Shown here: positions 29,893 through 40,174 of the stretch, piece by piece
How the letters are laid out: each line of letters opens with the position of its first letter
How positions within the stretch are numbered: position 1 is the first letter of the stretch
NCBI GenBank assembly: GCA_965202985.1
Contig: CBDBCF010000001.1
Coordinates: forward strand, 1,216,001-1,280,000
DNA: 64,000 nucleotides
Direction of reading: 5' to 3'
DNA from: Longimicrobiales bacterium
GTDB lineage: Bacteria; Gemmatimonadota; Gemmatimonadetes; Longimicrobiales; Gaopeijiaceae
Position numbers and translations under genes: made by a program
The notes under the pieces: generated by a model
What the model was told of the DNA's origin: nothing
Seen by the model: the letters and a program-made list of their open reading frames with translations, nothing else
Database searches by the model: none

Positions 29893-30135
29893 CGCAGTTG
29901 TCGAGCAGGACACGCACGTTCCGCCCGATGTCGAACCCCACAGCAAAGGAGGTGATCACTTGTCCAGTTCAAGTACCCAGCCCAACCCGGCAAGGGCAGG
30001 CGATCGCCGCTTCGGCCACTAAGCCGAAACACGATCGAACGTTCGCGCCGTAAAGCGGTCATCGCGCCGGGTTGCGGCCGGTCCGACGCCCCTCGGAGGT
30101 TCCCGTTTCGGAGCTTCCGGGGGGCGTCTTTCGTT
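29893..30135 (+). other. Candidate small RNA or 20-codon sORF transcript (sORF 29960-30022, MSSSSTQPNPARAGDRRFGH)
   Basis: Extended SD AAAGGAGGTGATC at 29945-29957, TTG at 29960, stop inside hairpin 30001-30037; bracketed by a promoter and a terminator. Confidence 0.5.
30085..30135 (+). terminator. Intrinsic terminator-like hairpin
   Basis: GACGCCCCTCGGAGGTTCC / GGAGCTTCCGGGGGGCGTC stem (with G-U pairs), followed by TTTCGTT. Confidence 0.7.
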
Positions 30136-30191
30136 CGCCGACGAGCCAGTGGACGACGCGCCGTGGCAGGCTGCGGGCTGACCTGCCAGCG

Positions 30192-30680
30192 TCAGTTCCC
30201 CTCGCCGGCCGCCAGCTGCTGGGGGAGCGTCGACAGCTCCACGACCTTGAGCCGGCGCTCGCCCGCCGGCAGCCGAACCGTCACCTCGTCGCCTTCGCGG
30301 GCACCCAGCAGGCCTCGGCCAATCGGCGACTCCAGCGACACGTGACCGGCGTCAAAGTCGATGAAGTCTCCGGCGACGATGGTGTAGGTGTCGGATTCGT
30401 CCACCGCCAAGTCGTGAACCCGGACCTTGGAGCCGAAGCCCACGCGGTCCTCCGGCATGTCGTCCAGGTCGATCTTGGCCAGCTCCGCCAAGCGACGGGA
30501 CAGGTGCCCGATCCGCGCCCGGACGAACTCTTGTCGCTCCAGGGCCGACTTGTACTCGGCGTTCTCGCGAAGGTCGCCCAGCTCGACGGCCTTCTCGATC
30601 CGATGCGGCAGCTCGACGTTGAGTTCCCGGGTCAGCGACTCGACCTCGTCGCCGATCTTTTCCTTGATCTCTTCCAGCAC
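30192..30680 (-). CDS. greA: Transcription elongation factor GreA
   Basis: GDLRENAEY, FGSKV, SLESPIGRGLLG. Confidence 0.92.
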   Translation of the reverse strand: MLEEIKEKIGDEVESLTRELNVELPHRIEKAVELGDLRENAEYKSALERQEFVRARIGHLSRRLAELAKIDLDDMPEDRVGFGSKVRVHDLAVDESDTYTIVAGDFIDFDAGHVSLESPIGRGLLGAREGDEVTVRLPAGERRLKVVELSTLPQQLAAGEGN

Positions 30681-30769
30681 GCGCGTATCCTCAACTGTGA
30701 AAGCAGGGGGGTTGCGACGACATCGCTACGATACATGCTAGCCGGGTGGAGCACCCGTCGCAAGGTGGG

Positions 30770-31111
30770 CTACTCGGGTCGTGGGCGAGCCCTGAGCCAC
30801 TCCCGAACCAAAAGATACGCCGTGCCGCCGATGGGGAGAGCAACACCGGCACCCGAAGTAACTGTTTCGCGAACCCAATCCAGTAGGACGCCACCGTTTC
30901 CCAGGTCGAACACCATCATCGCAAGCGCGGACGTTCCGACAACGCGAACAGCTATACCGGTGAGACGATACGCGATCCGCTCTACAACGGCATCCCACGA
31001 AGCCTGCCGTTGTCGGTGAACCCTTCCTTTCTCTCCCGTGGCGTCGTCGGTCGTGTCTGCGTTGCGAACTATCTCCGGAGCCAGCGCCACATGCTCGTCA
31101 AGATCACGCAT
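30770..31111 (-). CDS. Small membrane protein, candidate toxin partner of Panacea
   Basis: GAGGA RBS before ATG 31111, overlaps the antitoxin 3' end, two hydrophobic segments in the C-terminal half. Confidence 0.5.
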   Translation of the reverse strand: MRDLDEHVALAPEIVRNADTTDDATGEKGRVHRQRQASWDAVVERIAYRLTGIAVRVVGTSALAMMVFDLGNGGVLLDWVRETVTSGAGVALPIGGTAYLLVREWLRARPRPE

Positions 31112-31631
31112 CTGAGGTCCTCGCATACTCCTTGTATCGCTTATGCTTATCCGCGAAATGCTTTTTGATTTTCTCATCCCCGATCTTGCGATTCTTGTCG
31201 GATTCATAGGTCTCGCTCCAGGGCGTGCCGTCACTGTGCGTCATGTTCCGAAGCTGCCGGGCCGAGAACGGCTTGTATGCTTCCCAAACCTTGTGCAAGA
31301 CGCCAGCGACCCGGCCGTCGGGCTGAACTTCCGGGATGATGAACTCTCGGTTCTCGAAGTCGTAGTGCGCCGACCACTGCCTGATCGGTTGCCAACCGCA
31401 GTGCTTGAATTCATGATAGAGGTCGGGCACGACTGGACCGTATCGCCACGCTTCTATTCGGTCGGGAAACAGGGGACGGCCGAGTATTTCCCAGCACCAG
31501 CCGTACGCGATGTAGACCAGCTTCTGCAACTTGAGGTGGCTCAGGTCTCGGCGCTCCCTCTTGGCACGCTGGAGGAAGTAGTTCGCCACGTGACTGGCAG
31601 TGTATGGGAAGGGCGCACGCTCTGAAGCCAC
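31104..31631 (-). CDS. Panacea (SocA/DUF4065) antitoxin
   Basis: VANYFL, LKLQKLVY, IEAWRYGPV, MTHSDGTPW; RBS GAGGAGG. Confidence 0.9.
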   Translation of the reverse strand: MASERAPFPYTASHVANYFLQRAKRERRDLSHLKLQKLVYIAYGWCWEILGRPLFPDRIEAWRYGPVVPDLYHEFKHCGWQPIRQWSAHYDFENREFIIPEVQPDGRVAGVLHKVWEAYKPFSARQLRNMTHSDGTPWSETYESDKNRKIGDEKIKKHFADKHKRYKEYARTSDA

Positions 31632-31814
31632 CGACTCCTCCTCTGCTCTGCCACCGCGCGATAAAGGCCGGGGCTCCGGGTTCGACCCGTCCTCTTCGAA
31701 GAATGAAGTTACGGTCAGCCTACGCCGGGGGCAATACGGCGAGTCCTACGCCCCCGGCCGCGGAACAATCGGACGGGACCCCGAGCGCGTGAAGAGCGCT
31801 TTCGCAGCATGGGC

Positions 31815-32945
31815 TCACTCGACGAAGCCCCCTTCGCCCGGCAGCGGCCCGTCCCCCGCCGCCAGCCCCCACGCCCGTCGCGCGGTCGCCATGACCGCCG
31901 CCCGATCCGAGCCCGCGACGTTCACGTGGCCCAACTTGCGGCCGGGCCGGGGGGACTTGCCGTAGAGGTGGAGGCGCAGGCCGGGGACCGCGGCCAGGGT
32001 CTCGGTGGCGGGGACTTGGCCGATCAGGTTGATCATCGCAGAGGCGGCGGCCACGGGCTGCGGGTCCGCCAGGGGCAGGCCGGCGACCGCGCGCACGTGG
32101 TTTTCGAACTGGCTGGTGGCGGCCCCGTCCAGGGTCCAGTGTCCCGAGTTGTGGACGCGGGGAGCCATTTCGTTGGCCAGGAAGCCGTCGTCGGTTTGGA
32201 AGAGCTCGACGGCCAGCACGCCCACGTAGCCGAGGTGGTCCAGGAGGCGGCCGATTAGGGCCTCGGCTTCGGCTTGCAAGGCGGGGGCGAGGCCCGGGGC
32301 GGGGGCGTAGCTGACGCGCAGGATGCCGTCGCGGTGATGGTTCTCGGTCAGCGGATAGAAGATGCGGGAGCCGTCGCGGGCGGCCGCGGCGACGATGCTG
32401 AGCTCGCGTCGGAAGGGAACGAACCCCTCGGCGATCAGATCGGCGGGGCCCAGCTTGGCCACGGCGGCGGCGGCTTCTTGGGCCGTTTCGGCCATGGCTT
32501 GGCCCTTCCCGTCGTAGCCCATCCGCCGGGTCTTGATCACGACGGGCAGGCCGGTGACCTCCAGCGCGGCCTCCAAGTCGCTGGGCGCATTCACGGGGTG
32601 GAAGGGCGCGGTCCGAATCGCGACTTGGCGGAAGAGGCGTTTCTCGGCCAAGCGGTCTTGGGACGCCTCCAGCGCGGCCGGAGGCGGCAGCACCGAAAGC
32701 CGCGACTGAAGGAAGGCGGCGCTGGCGGCGGGGACGTTTTCGAATTCGAAGGTGGCCACGTCGCAGGAGTCCGCTAGCCGGGCCAAGCCGGCTTGGTCGT
32801 CGTAGGGCGCGCGCACGACGTCCCCGGCGACGGCGGCCGGCGGATCGGCACCGGGCTCCAGGAACGCGAATCGGCACCCCAGGGGGATGCCCTCCAGCGC
32901 CATCATCCGGGCGAGCTGGCCGCCGCCCAGGACGCCGATCCTCAC
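31815..32945 (-). CDS. purK: N5-carboxyaminoimidazole ribonucleotide synthase
   Basis: [38 protein letters not shown]. Confidence 0.97.
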   Translation of the reverse strand: MRIGVLGGGQLARMMALEGIPLGCRFAFLEPGADPPAAVAGDVVRAPYDDQAGLARLADSCDVATFEFENVPAASAAFLQSRLSVLPPPAALEASQDRLAEKRLFRQVAIRTAPFHPVNAPSDLEAALEVTGLPVVIKTRRMGYDGKGQAMAETAQEAAAAVAKLGPADLIAEGFVPFRRELSIVAAAARDGSRIFYPLTENHHRDGILRVSYAPAPGLAPALQAEAEALIGRLLDHLGYVGVLAVELFQTDDGFLANEMAPRVHNSGHWTLDGAATSQFENHVRAVAGLPLADPQPVAAASAMINLIGQVPATETLAAVPGLRLHLYGKSPRPGRKLGHVNVAGSDRAAVMATARRAWGLAAGDGPLPGEGGFVE

Positions 32946-33532
32946 GAAGACGGCTTGGTTCGGCTCGCCGCTTCCGTCGGCTGGGCAGGTTGCGTCGGCT
33001 GGGCAGGTCGCGGCAGCCGGGCCGGGCTCGGCGGTGGAGTCGTCGGGTCCAGGTCCGCCAGGACGGCTTCGGTCCGGCTACGAGCATAGGCGCGCACCGC
33101 CTCTCGGATCGCGGGATCGTCCTGGCCCAGGATTCGCCCGGCCAGGAGGGCCGCGTTGGCGGCGCCCGCTTCGCCGATCGCCAGCGTCCCCACGGGCACG
33201 CCCCCCGGCATCTGGACGATCGACAGCAGCGAGTCCAGCCCCTTGAGCGCCCGCGACTGGATCGGGACCCCCAGCACCGGCAGCACCGTCTTGGCGGCGA
33301 TCATCCCCGGCAGGTGGGCGGCCCCTCCGGCCCCGGCGACGATCACCCGGAGCCCGCGCGCTTCGGCGCCCGAGGCGTACTCGAAGAGCAGGTCCGGCGT
33401 CCGGTGGGCCGACACCACCTGCACTTCGCGCGGAATGCCCAGGGCGTCCAGCGTGTCGGCGGCGTGCTTCATGGTCGGCCAGTCGCTCCGGGAGCCCATG
33501 ACCACGCCCACTAGCGGCGGATTCATGGTCAT
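32942..33532 (-). CDS. purE: N5-CAIR mutase
   Basis: [23 protein letters not shown]. Confidence 0.97.
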   Translation of the reverse strand: MTMNPPLVGVVMGSRSDWPTMKHAADTLDALGIPREVQVVSAHRTPDLLFEYASGAEARGLRVIVAGAGGAAHLPGMIAAKTVLPVLGVPIQSRALKGLDSLLSIVQMPGGVPVGTLAIGEAGAANAALLAGRILGQDDPAIREAVRAYARSRTEAVLADLDPTTPPPSPARLPRPAQPTQPAQPTEAASRTKPSS

Positions 33533-33617
33533 AACCTATCGCGGCGCGCAAGCTGTGGGCCGCGATGCGCAGGCGGCTGGCCGAGGCGCCCCGGCATCCG
33601 CCCCGAGCCGCCCGGAC

Positions 33618-34895
33618 CTACTCAACTTCCACCACGAAGAAGCGCTTCTTGCCCACGCGCACGACCACGAAGCGGCCTTCAATGGCGTCGGCGGCGCCCA
33701 GCACGGCCGCGGCATCGTTCGCCCGGACGCCGTTCACGTAGACGCCGCCCCCCCGCACCAAGCGACGTGCTTCGCCCTTCGAAGACGCCATGCCCCCTTC
33801 GGCCATGACGGCGATCAGCTCGACGCCGTCTCCCTCCAGGCGCGCGCGGGCAAGCCTCGTGGACGGCACGTCGGCGAAGATCTCGGCAACGTCGTCGGCG
33901 CCCAGCCCCTCCAAGCTGCCGCCGAAGAGCACCTGCGACGCTCGGACGGCCCGGTCCAGCCCTTCCGATCCGTGGACGGTTCGCGTCACTTCGGCCGCCA
34001 GCCGTCGCTGGGCTTCGCGCCGGTGGGGAGCGTCCCGCGCGGCCATGGACAGTTCCCCTACCTCTGATTCGTCGAGGAGAGTGAACCGCTTCAGGTGCCC
34101 GATCACGTCGGCGTCGGCGGTGTTCAGCCAGAATTGGTAGAAGCGGTAGGGCGACGTGCGCTCCGGGTCCAGCCACACGGTACCCGCTTCGGTCTTGCCG
34201 AACTTGACTCCGTCCGCCGACTCCAGGAGCGGGAACACTACGCCGTGGCAACGAGGGCCGCCCATGCGGCGCACTAGGTCGATTCCCGCCGTGATGTTGC
34301 CCCACTGGTCCGAGCCGCCCATCTGCAACGTGCAGTCGAAGCGCACGGCCAGCTCGCGGAAGTCGTACGCCTGCAACAGCTGATAGGCGAACTCGGTGAA
34401 CGAAATGCCGGCTTCGTCGTCGGCCAGGCGCCGCCGCACCGATTCCTTGCGCAACATGGCGTTCACGGAGAAGTGCTTGCCTACGTCGCGCAGGAAGTCG
34501 ACCAGCCCCAGGCCGTCCAGCCAATCCAGGTTGTTGGCCATGCGCGCCGGGTTGTCGCGACAGTCGAAGTCCAGGAACGACGCCAGCTGCCGGCGGATGC
34601 TCTCGGCGTTTTCTTGTGCGCGGCTTCGGTCCAGCAGGGCGCGTTCCGACGCCTTGCCCGACGGATCGCCGATCAGGCCGGTGCCGCCGCCCACCAGCAC
34701 AATGGGGACGTGGCCGGCGCGCTGCAAATGCACAAGTCCCATGATCGGCACCAGCGAGCCCACATGCAGCGACGGCGCCGTGGGGTCGAAGCCGATGTAG
34801 CCGGCCGTGCGGCCCTGTCGCAAGGCGTCCGCGGCGTGTTCCGTGGCGTCGGCGAACAGGCCTCGCCAGCGCAGTTCGTGCAGAAAGTCGCTCAT
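33618..34895 (-). CDS. tyrS: Tyrosine--tRNA ligase
   Basis: GFDPTAPSLHVG, GGSDQWGN, KFGKT, C-terminal S4 domain. Confidence 0.97.
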   Translation of the reverse strand: MSDFLHELRWRGLFADATEHAADALRQGRTAGYIGFDPTAPSLHVGSLVPIMGLVHLQRAGHVPIVLVGGGTGLIGDPSGKASERALLDRSRAQENAESIRRQLASFLDFDCRDNPARMANNLDWLDGLGLVDFLRDVGKHFSVNAMLRKESVRRRLADDEAGISFTEFAYQLLQAYDFRELAVRFDCTLQMGGSDQWGNITAGIDLVRRMGGPRCHGVVFPLLESADGVKFGKTEAGTVWLDPERTSPYRFYQFWLNTADADVIGHLKRFTLLDESEVGELSMAARDAPHRREAQRRLAAEVTRTVHGSEGLDRAVRASQVLFGGSLEGLGADDVAEIFADVPSTRLARARLEGDGVELIAVMAEGGMASSKGEARRLVRGGGVYVNGVRANDAAAVLGAADAIEGRFVVVRVGKKRFFVVEVE

Positions 34896-36421
34896 GTCGA
34901 TCCGAGGTTTGCGCCGAACCGCTCGGCCACTTGCGCGCGCATCACCTTTCCCGTTTGCGTGCGCGGCAGGGCGTCAACCACGCGGATCCGAGATGGGCAG
35001 CGGCCTCGGACCAGCCGGGCGCGGCAATGGCGGTCTACGCCTTCGGGCGCCACGTCGCCGTCGGCCGCTTCCACCACGGCCGCGACGACCTGGCCCCAAT
35101 CCGCGTCCGGCACGCCGAACACCACGGCCTCGCCCACGCCGGGCATCGCTTCGATCACGCGCTCCACTTCGCGGGGCGCCACGTTCAGCCCCCCGGTCGT
35201 GATGACGTCGTCGGCGCGCCCTTCGACATGGACGTTCCCGTCGGCGTCCAGGCGGCCCGCGTCCGGCGTGCGGAACCAGCCGTCGGCGTCCAGCGGCAGC
35301 GGCTCCGGCTGGGCGTCGGGCGCGCCCACCACGGCGGCGGCAAGGGTGGGGCCTCGCACGTGCAGCCTGCCCGCGGCGTCGGCGCGGACTTCCAGGTCGG
35401 GCAGCGGCGGCCCGGCGGTTCCGGGCAGGCGACGGGCCAAGTCGGGCGGTGCCGTGGCGATCTGGGACGAGGTCTCGGTCATGCCCCAGGTGGGGGCTGC
35501 GGGCACTCCCGCCCGCCAAGCCCGCTCCAGCAAGGGGCGGGACGCGGCCGCACCGCCCGTCAGCACGCACTGGAGGCTGGCCGGCGCCTTTCGCGGGCCC
35601 AGCGCGTCCAGAAGGCGTCGGAGCATGACGGGCACCACCGAGAGGTGCGTGACTTGGCCCGCCAACACGGCGTCGGCCACCGTCCTGGCGTCGAACGTCG
35701 GCCAGCAGCGAACTGCAGCGCCGGTCGCGATCGCGCGGAGCAGGAGCGACAGGCCGCCCACGTGTCCTAGGGACAAGCAGAGCCCCCAGCAGGCGCCCGG
35801 CCGGAGCGACAGGCGGCGCACAGCCCCGGCGACCGAAGCCGCAAGCGACCGCGTGGTCAGCCCCACGGCCTTGGGCGCGCCGGAAGAGCCCGAGGTCAGC
35901 AGCACCGCCGACACCTCGGGAAAGTCGGCAAAGGAGAGCGCGCGACCGGCGGGGCGGAATGGAGCCGGCTCGCCCCGGTCGTCCAGCCGCAGGGCGGGGC
36001 GAAGGAGCCGCAGGGCGTAGTCCGTCTCGTCGGTGGACAGTCGCTCGTGGAGGGGCGCGGCCACGAACCCCGCCTTCCAGAGGCCGAAGAGAGCCGTCGC
36101 GGCCTGGGGTCCCGGCGGAAGGGAGAGGGCGGCGACGGCGTGGGACCTTGGCGCTGTGAGGGCCGGGGCGCGAGGCTTGGGCGCCATGTGCCGCGCGGCG
36201 ACGGCGCGGGAGCCCGGCGCTGCGGGGGACGCGGCCTGGGCGGGCGACTTGCCGGTGCGCCGACCAGCCTCGCGGAAGTTGGCCGCTGCGGCTTCGGCGG
36301 CTTGGTCCAGCTCGCGGCAGGACAGTTGCCCGTCGTCCCAGACAAGCGCTGGGGCGTCCGGCGCGCGGGCGGCGGCGCGTTCCAGCCACGTGGCGGGCGT
36401 TGCCACAGGCGGCGGCGTCAC
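34892..36421 (-). CDS. menE: O-succinylbenzoate--CoA ligase
   Basis: TSGSSGAPK, WGMTET, GRADD, TGK; located in the men cluster with GTGA coupling to menA. Confidence 0.85.
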   Translation of the reverse strand: MTPPPVATPATWLERAAARAPDAPALVWDDGQLSCRELDQAAEAAAANFREAGRRTGKSPAQAASPAAPGSRAVAARHMAPKPRAPALTAPRSHAVAALSLPPGPQAATALFGLWKAGFVAAPLHERLSTDETDYALRLLRPALRLDDRGEPAPFRPAGRALSFADFPEVSAVLLTSGSSGAPKAVGLTTRSLAASVAGAVRRLSLRPGACWGLCLSLGHVGGLSLLLRAIATGAAVRCWPTFDARTVADAVLAGQVTHLSVVPVMLRRLLDALGPRKAPASLQCVLTGGAAASRPLLERAWRAGVPAAPTWGMTETSSQIATAPPDLARRLPGTAGPPLPDLEVRADAAGRLHVRGPTLAAAVVGAPDAQPEPLPLDADGWFRTPDAGRLDADGNVHVEGRADDVITTGGLNVAPREVERVIEAMPGVGEAVVFGVPDADWGQVVAAVVEAADGDVAPEGVDRHCRARLVRGRCPSRIRVVDALPRTQTGKVMRAQVAERFGANLGST

Positions 36422-37356
36422 AGCCACCACATCGCGAACCCTACTCCCAGCCCGGCGCCGTAGAACCCGACCCCGCGCGCAGTCCTGCCCAGGACCGGGA
36501 TCAGCGCTTCCCGCCCGGGACGAGCCTCCGCACCTGCCGCCTCGCCGCCCCCCGCCCGCAGCGCCCCGGCAAACTGCAACACGACGACGACGGCCCGGAC
36601 GCACGTTGCCGCGCCCGCCAGCGCCGCGAGCGTCCAGATCGGCCACCCGAGCCAGAAGTACCCGATCGGCGGGACGGCGGCGGCCACCACCAAGCAGGTC
36701 GCGTACTGAACGGCGGCCGGGAGCGCACCCACACGCACCGCCAAGGTTCGCTTGCCCGCCGCCGCGTCGGTTTCCATGTCCCGCAGGTTGTTCGCCCCGA
36801 GGACCGCCATGCTGAACACGCCCAGGCCGGTGCCCGCCAGCAGGGAGTGCGGGGACAGCGACAGCGCTTGGACGTAGTACGTGCCCATGACCGCGACGGG
36901 GCCGAAGAAGACGAAGACGAAGGCTTCGCCCAGGCCGCGGTAGGCCAGCGGGAACGGGCCCGACGTGTAGGCGAAGGCGCAGAGCAGCGACGCCGCGCCG
37001 ACCGCCGCCACGGGCCAGCCGGCCGCGCCCAGCAGGTAGCCCCCGGCGAAGAAGGCGAGGAGCAGGAACGCGAAGATGCCGCGACCCACGCTTTGCGGCG
37101 TCAACAGTCCGGCCTGGACCACGCGCACGGGACCGACGCGCTCCTCCGTGTCGGCCCCCTTCACGAAGTCGAAGTAGTCGTTGGCCAAGTTCGCGATGAT
37201 CTGGATGCACACGGCGCCTGCCAGCGCGGCGGTCGCCACCTCCGGGACGGCCACGCCGTCGGCCAGGGCCAGTCCCGTTCCCGCCAGCACGGGCGCAATC
37301 GACACCGTCAAGGTCCGAGGACGGATCGCCAGGAACCAGGCGCGCCAACGGCTCAT
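36418..37356 (-). CDS. menA: 1,4-dihydroxy-2-naphthoate prenyltransferase
   Basis: RPRTL, NDYFDFVKGAD, NNLRD...GKRTLAV. Confidence 0.93.
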   Translation of the reverse strand: MSRWRAWFLAIRPRTLTVSIAPVLAGTGLALADGVAVPEVATAALAGAVCIQIIANLANDYFDFVKGADTEERVGPVRVVQAGLLTPQSVGRGIFAFLLLAFFAGGYLLGAAGWPVAAVGAASLLCAFAYTSGPFPLAYRGLGEAFVFVFFGPVAVMGTYYVQALSLSPHSLLAGTGLGVFSMAVLGANNLRDMETDAAAGKRTLAVRVGALPAAVQYATCLVVAAAVPPIGYFWLGWPIWTLAALAGAATCVRAVVVVLQFAGALRAGGGEAAGAEARPGREALIPVLGRTARGVGFYGAGLGVGFAMWWL

Positions 37357-37393
37357 GGGGCCGCTGCGCCGGGGACGCGCGGCTTGCCGGCAG

Positions 37394-38206
37394 CTACCAC
37401 GGCAGCCACGGGTACTTGCGGAAGTCGGGCTTGCGCTTCTGCAGGTAGGCGTCGCGGCCCTCTTGGCCCTGCTCGGTCATGTAGAAGAGCAGGGTGGCGT
37501 TCCCGGCCAGCTCCTGGAGGCCCGCCTGGCCGTCCACGTCGGCGTTGAAGGCCGACTTGAGCAGGCGGATCGCCAGCGGACTGTGGGACAGGATGCGCTG
37601 GGCCCATTCGCGGCCCTCGTCCTCCAGCCGCTCCACGGGCACGACCTTGTTCACCAGACCCATCTCCAGGGCCTCCTGGGCGCCGTACTGGCGACACAGG
37701 TACCAGATCTCGCGCGCCTTCTTCTGGCCGACGATGCGCGCCAGGTACGACGAACCGAAGCCGCCGTCGAAGCTGCCCACCTTGGGCCCAGTCTGGCCGA
37801 AGACGGCGTTGTCCGCGGCGATCGTCAGGTCGCACACGACGTGGAGCACGTGGCCGCCGCCGATCGCGTAGCCGGCCACCAGGGCGATCACCGGCTTGGG
37901 CATGGTGCGGATCAGCCGTTGGAGGACGAGTACGTTCAGACGGGGCACGCCGTCGCGTCCCACGTAGCCCGCGTCGCCGCGGACGCGCTGGTCGCCGCCG
38001 GAGCAGAAGGCGTACTTGCCGTCCTTGGCCGGGCCTTCGCCGGTCAGCAGGACGACGCCCACGGACGGGTCCTCGTTGGCGTCCTCGAAGGCGTTCAGGA
38101 GTTCGAAGAGGGTCTCGGGGCGGAAGGCGTTTCGGACTTCGGGCCGGTTGATGGCGATCCGGGCGACGCCGTCGTGCTTGCGGTAGGTGATGTCCTCGTA
38201 GGTCAT
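37394..38206 (-). CDS. menB: 1,4-dihydroxy-2-naphthoyl-CoA synthase
   Basis: [28 protein letters not shown]. Confidence 0.96.
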   Translation of the reverse strand: MTYEDITYRKHDGVARIAINRPEVRNAFRPETLFELLNAFEDANEDPSVGVVLLTGEGPAKDGKYAFCSGGDQRVRGDAGYVGRDGVPRLNVLVLQRLIRTMPKPVIALVAGYAIGGGHVLHVVCDLTIAADNAVFGQTGPKVGSFDGGFGSSYLARIVGQKKAREIWYLCRQYGAQEALEMGLVNKVVPVERLEDEGREWAQRILSHSPLAIRLLKSAFNADVDGQAGLQELAGNATLLFYMTEQGQEGRDAYLQKRKPDFRKYPWLPW

Positions 38207-38232
38207 GGCGCGTATTGGGGAAGGGTTCGGGT

Positions 38233-40167
38233 TTAGGCGAGAGTTCGGGCTAGGCAACGGGCCACCTGCTCGCGGGCGGCCTCGTGTCGGCGGCGGTTGG
38301 TCTCTTTGCAGGTGCGGATGCGGACGATCTCGGTGCCGGGCCGGCAGATCGCGGCCGAAACGGCGTCCGTCAGCGCTTCGGGCGTGGCGACGTCTTGGAG
38401 CGGGACGCCGTAGAGGTTGGCGGCGTGGCGGAAGTCCAGTCCGTGGGGGGTGGCGAAGTACGGGGTGAAGGCAGGCTCGAACGCCCGGATCGGCAACATG
38501 TGGAAGATGCCGCCCCCGTCGTTGTCCACCAAGACGAACACGGCGTTGAGTTCGCGGTCTCGGGCGGCCAGCAGGCCGTTCATGTCGTGAACGAAGGCCA
38601 GGTCGCCCAGCAGGCCCGCGACGGGGCCGGGACCGCCGGCGGCGCACCCCAGCACCGAGGACACGATGCCGTCGATGCCGCTGGCGCCTCGGTTGCCCAG
38701 GACGCGGACGCGCCGCGGGCCCGGGCGGCCGTAGGCGTCCAGGTCGCGGACGGGCATGGAGCTCGAGACGAAGAGGGTCGATTCGGGGGGAAGCGCGTTC
38801 AGGGCCGCGGCGGCGTATGCGCCCTCGTTGTCGGGGTCGCGGACGGCGTCTTCCAGGGCCAGCCAGGCGGCGGACTCGGCGCGAGCCCAGGCGGCCGGCC
38901 AGGAGGGATCGGGGGGGCGGCGGGCGGGCGGCGGGGACGCGACCGGGGCCGGGGCCGGGCGGGCGGCGGCCGCACGGGGCAGAAGCGTCGCGGGAGACGC
39001 CTTCACGTAGTCGCGCGCCAAACCTTGATGGTCCTTCGGGCAGCTCCCCGCGTCGATCGCGACTTGCACGGCGTCCTTCCAGTGCTCCAGGGCCGCTTCC
39101 AGCGCGGCGGAGGTGGGCGTGCGCCCCGTGCGGAGGATCAGGTCGGGCGCCAGACGGCGCACCAGGGTCGGGACGCGCAGGAAGTGGTCGTAGGCACCGC
39201 AGACTACGGCCGATTGGGGGTCCGGGTCGTCCGGGGCCGGGGTCGCGCCGTCGGGATCGGGGACCGGGCGGTCGGGATCGGGGACTGCGCCGCAGAAACG
39301 GGCGCCGGAGAGCGGGTCCGCCAGGAGGGGAATCCCGCCTAGGGCGGCGAACTGGACCAGGGCGGGGCCGTCGGCGTCGGGGTCGCTGGACGGGCCGGCG
39401 ACCAGGAGGGGGCGCTGGGCGGAGGCGAGCCGCCGGGCCAGGGCGGAAGAGACGTCCGCGACCGAGTCCGGGGCTTGGGCCGGCACGACGGCGACGGGTT
39501 CGTGGACTGCGGAGACGTCCGATCGTCGCCGCCAGCGTGGGACTTCACTCGCTGTTGCTGCGGCGCCGGGTTCGTGAACCGCTTCCCGTCCAAAGCTCGC
39601 CCGCCGGCCCCAGACCGCGTCCGGCGAGCGCGGCTGCAACGGCTTCTCGAAGGGCACGTTCAGGTGGACGGGGCCTGCCGGAGGACCCGTTGCGCGCTGG
39701 GCCGCCACGTCCGCCAGCGCTGCCGCCTCCTCCAGCCCCGCCTCCGACGGGACGGGCAGGTCCGCCTCGAAGCGCACCCTGGCGGCCCCGAAGATGCCGA
39801 CCTGGTCGATCGTCTGGTTGGCGTCGGCGCCTCGCAGACGGGGCGGCCGGTCGGCGGTGATCAGGATCATCGGCACGTCCGACGCGGCGGCCTCCACGAC
39901 CGCGGGCAACAGGTTGGCCACGGCCGTTCCCGAGGTGGTCACCACGGCGGCGGGACGGCGGGTTCGTCGGCCGTATCCCAGGGCGAAGAACGCCGCCGAG
40001 CGCTCGTCCAAGTGGGTCCGCGCCTTGATCTCGGGGAACAAGTGGAGCGCCAGCACCAGCGGCGCCGAGCGCGACCCCGGCGCCACCTCCACCTCCGACA
40101 AGCCCCGGTTAGCGAGTGCGCCGACGATCTGCCGGGCCCAGGCCAGGTTCAGGCTGCCCGCGCGCAA
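38233..40167 (-). CDS. menD: SEPHCHC synthase
   Basis: [33 protein letters not shown]...NDGGGIF. Confidence 0.95.
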   Translation of the reverse strand: MRAGSLNLAWARQIVGALANRGLSEVEVAPGSRSAPLVLALHLFPEIKARTHLDERSAAFFALGYGRRTRRPAAVVTTSGTAVANLLPAVVEAAASDVPMILITADRPPRLRGADANQTIDQVGIFGAARVRFEADLPVPSEAGLEEAAALADVAAQRATGPPAGPVHLNVPFEKPLQPRSPDAVWGRRASFGREAVHEPGAAATASEVPRWRRRSDVSAVHEPVAVVPAQAPDSVADVSSALARRLASAQRPLLVAGPSSDPDADGPALVQFAALGGIPLLADPLSGARFCGAVPDPDRPVPDPDGATPAPDDPDPQSAVVCGAYDHFLRVPTLVRRLAPDLILRTGRTPTSAALEAALEHWKDAVQVAIDAGSCPKDHQGLARDYVKASPATLLPRAAAARPAPAPVASPPPARRPPDPSWPAAWARAESAAWLALEDAVRDPDNEGAYAAAALNALPPESTLFVSSSMPVRDLDAYGRPGPRRVRVLGNRGASGIDGIVSSVLGCAAGGPGPVAGLLGDLAFVHDMNGLLAARDRELNAVFVLVDNDGGGIFHMLPIRAFEPAFTPYFATPHGLDFRHAANLYGVPLQDVATPEALTDAVSAAICRPGTEIVRIRTCKETNRRRHEAAREQVARCLARTLA

Positions 40168-40174
40168 GCCGGCC

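Noticed and set aside
29940..29975. Reverse strand reads GATCACCTCCTTT, like a 16S rRNA 3' end
   Set aside because: The adjacent sequence lacks the conserved 16S terminal helix and any other rRNA sequence; treated as an extended SD on the plus strand.
29751..30053. 100-aa ORF across the intergenic unit
   Set aside because: No RBS, low-complexity Pro-rich sequence, runs through the predicted promoter; the strong SD points to a different frame.
31676..31692. CCGGGTTCGACCCG resembling a tRNA T-arm
   Set aside because: Loop length is wrong and there is no acceptor stem, anticodon arm or CCA.
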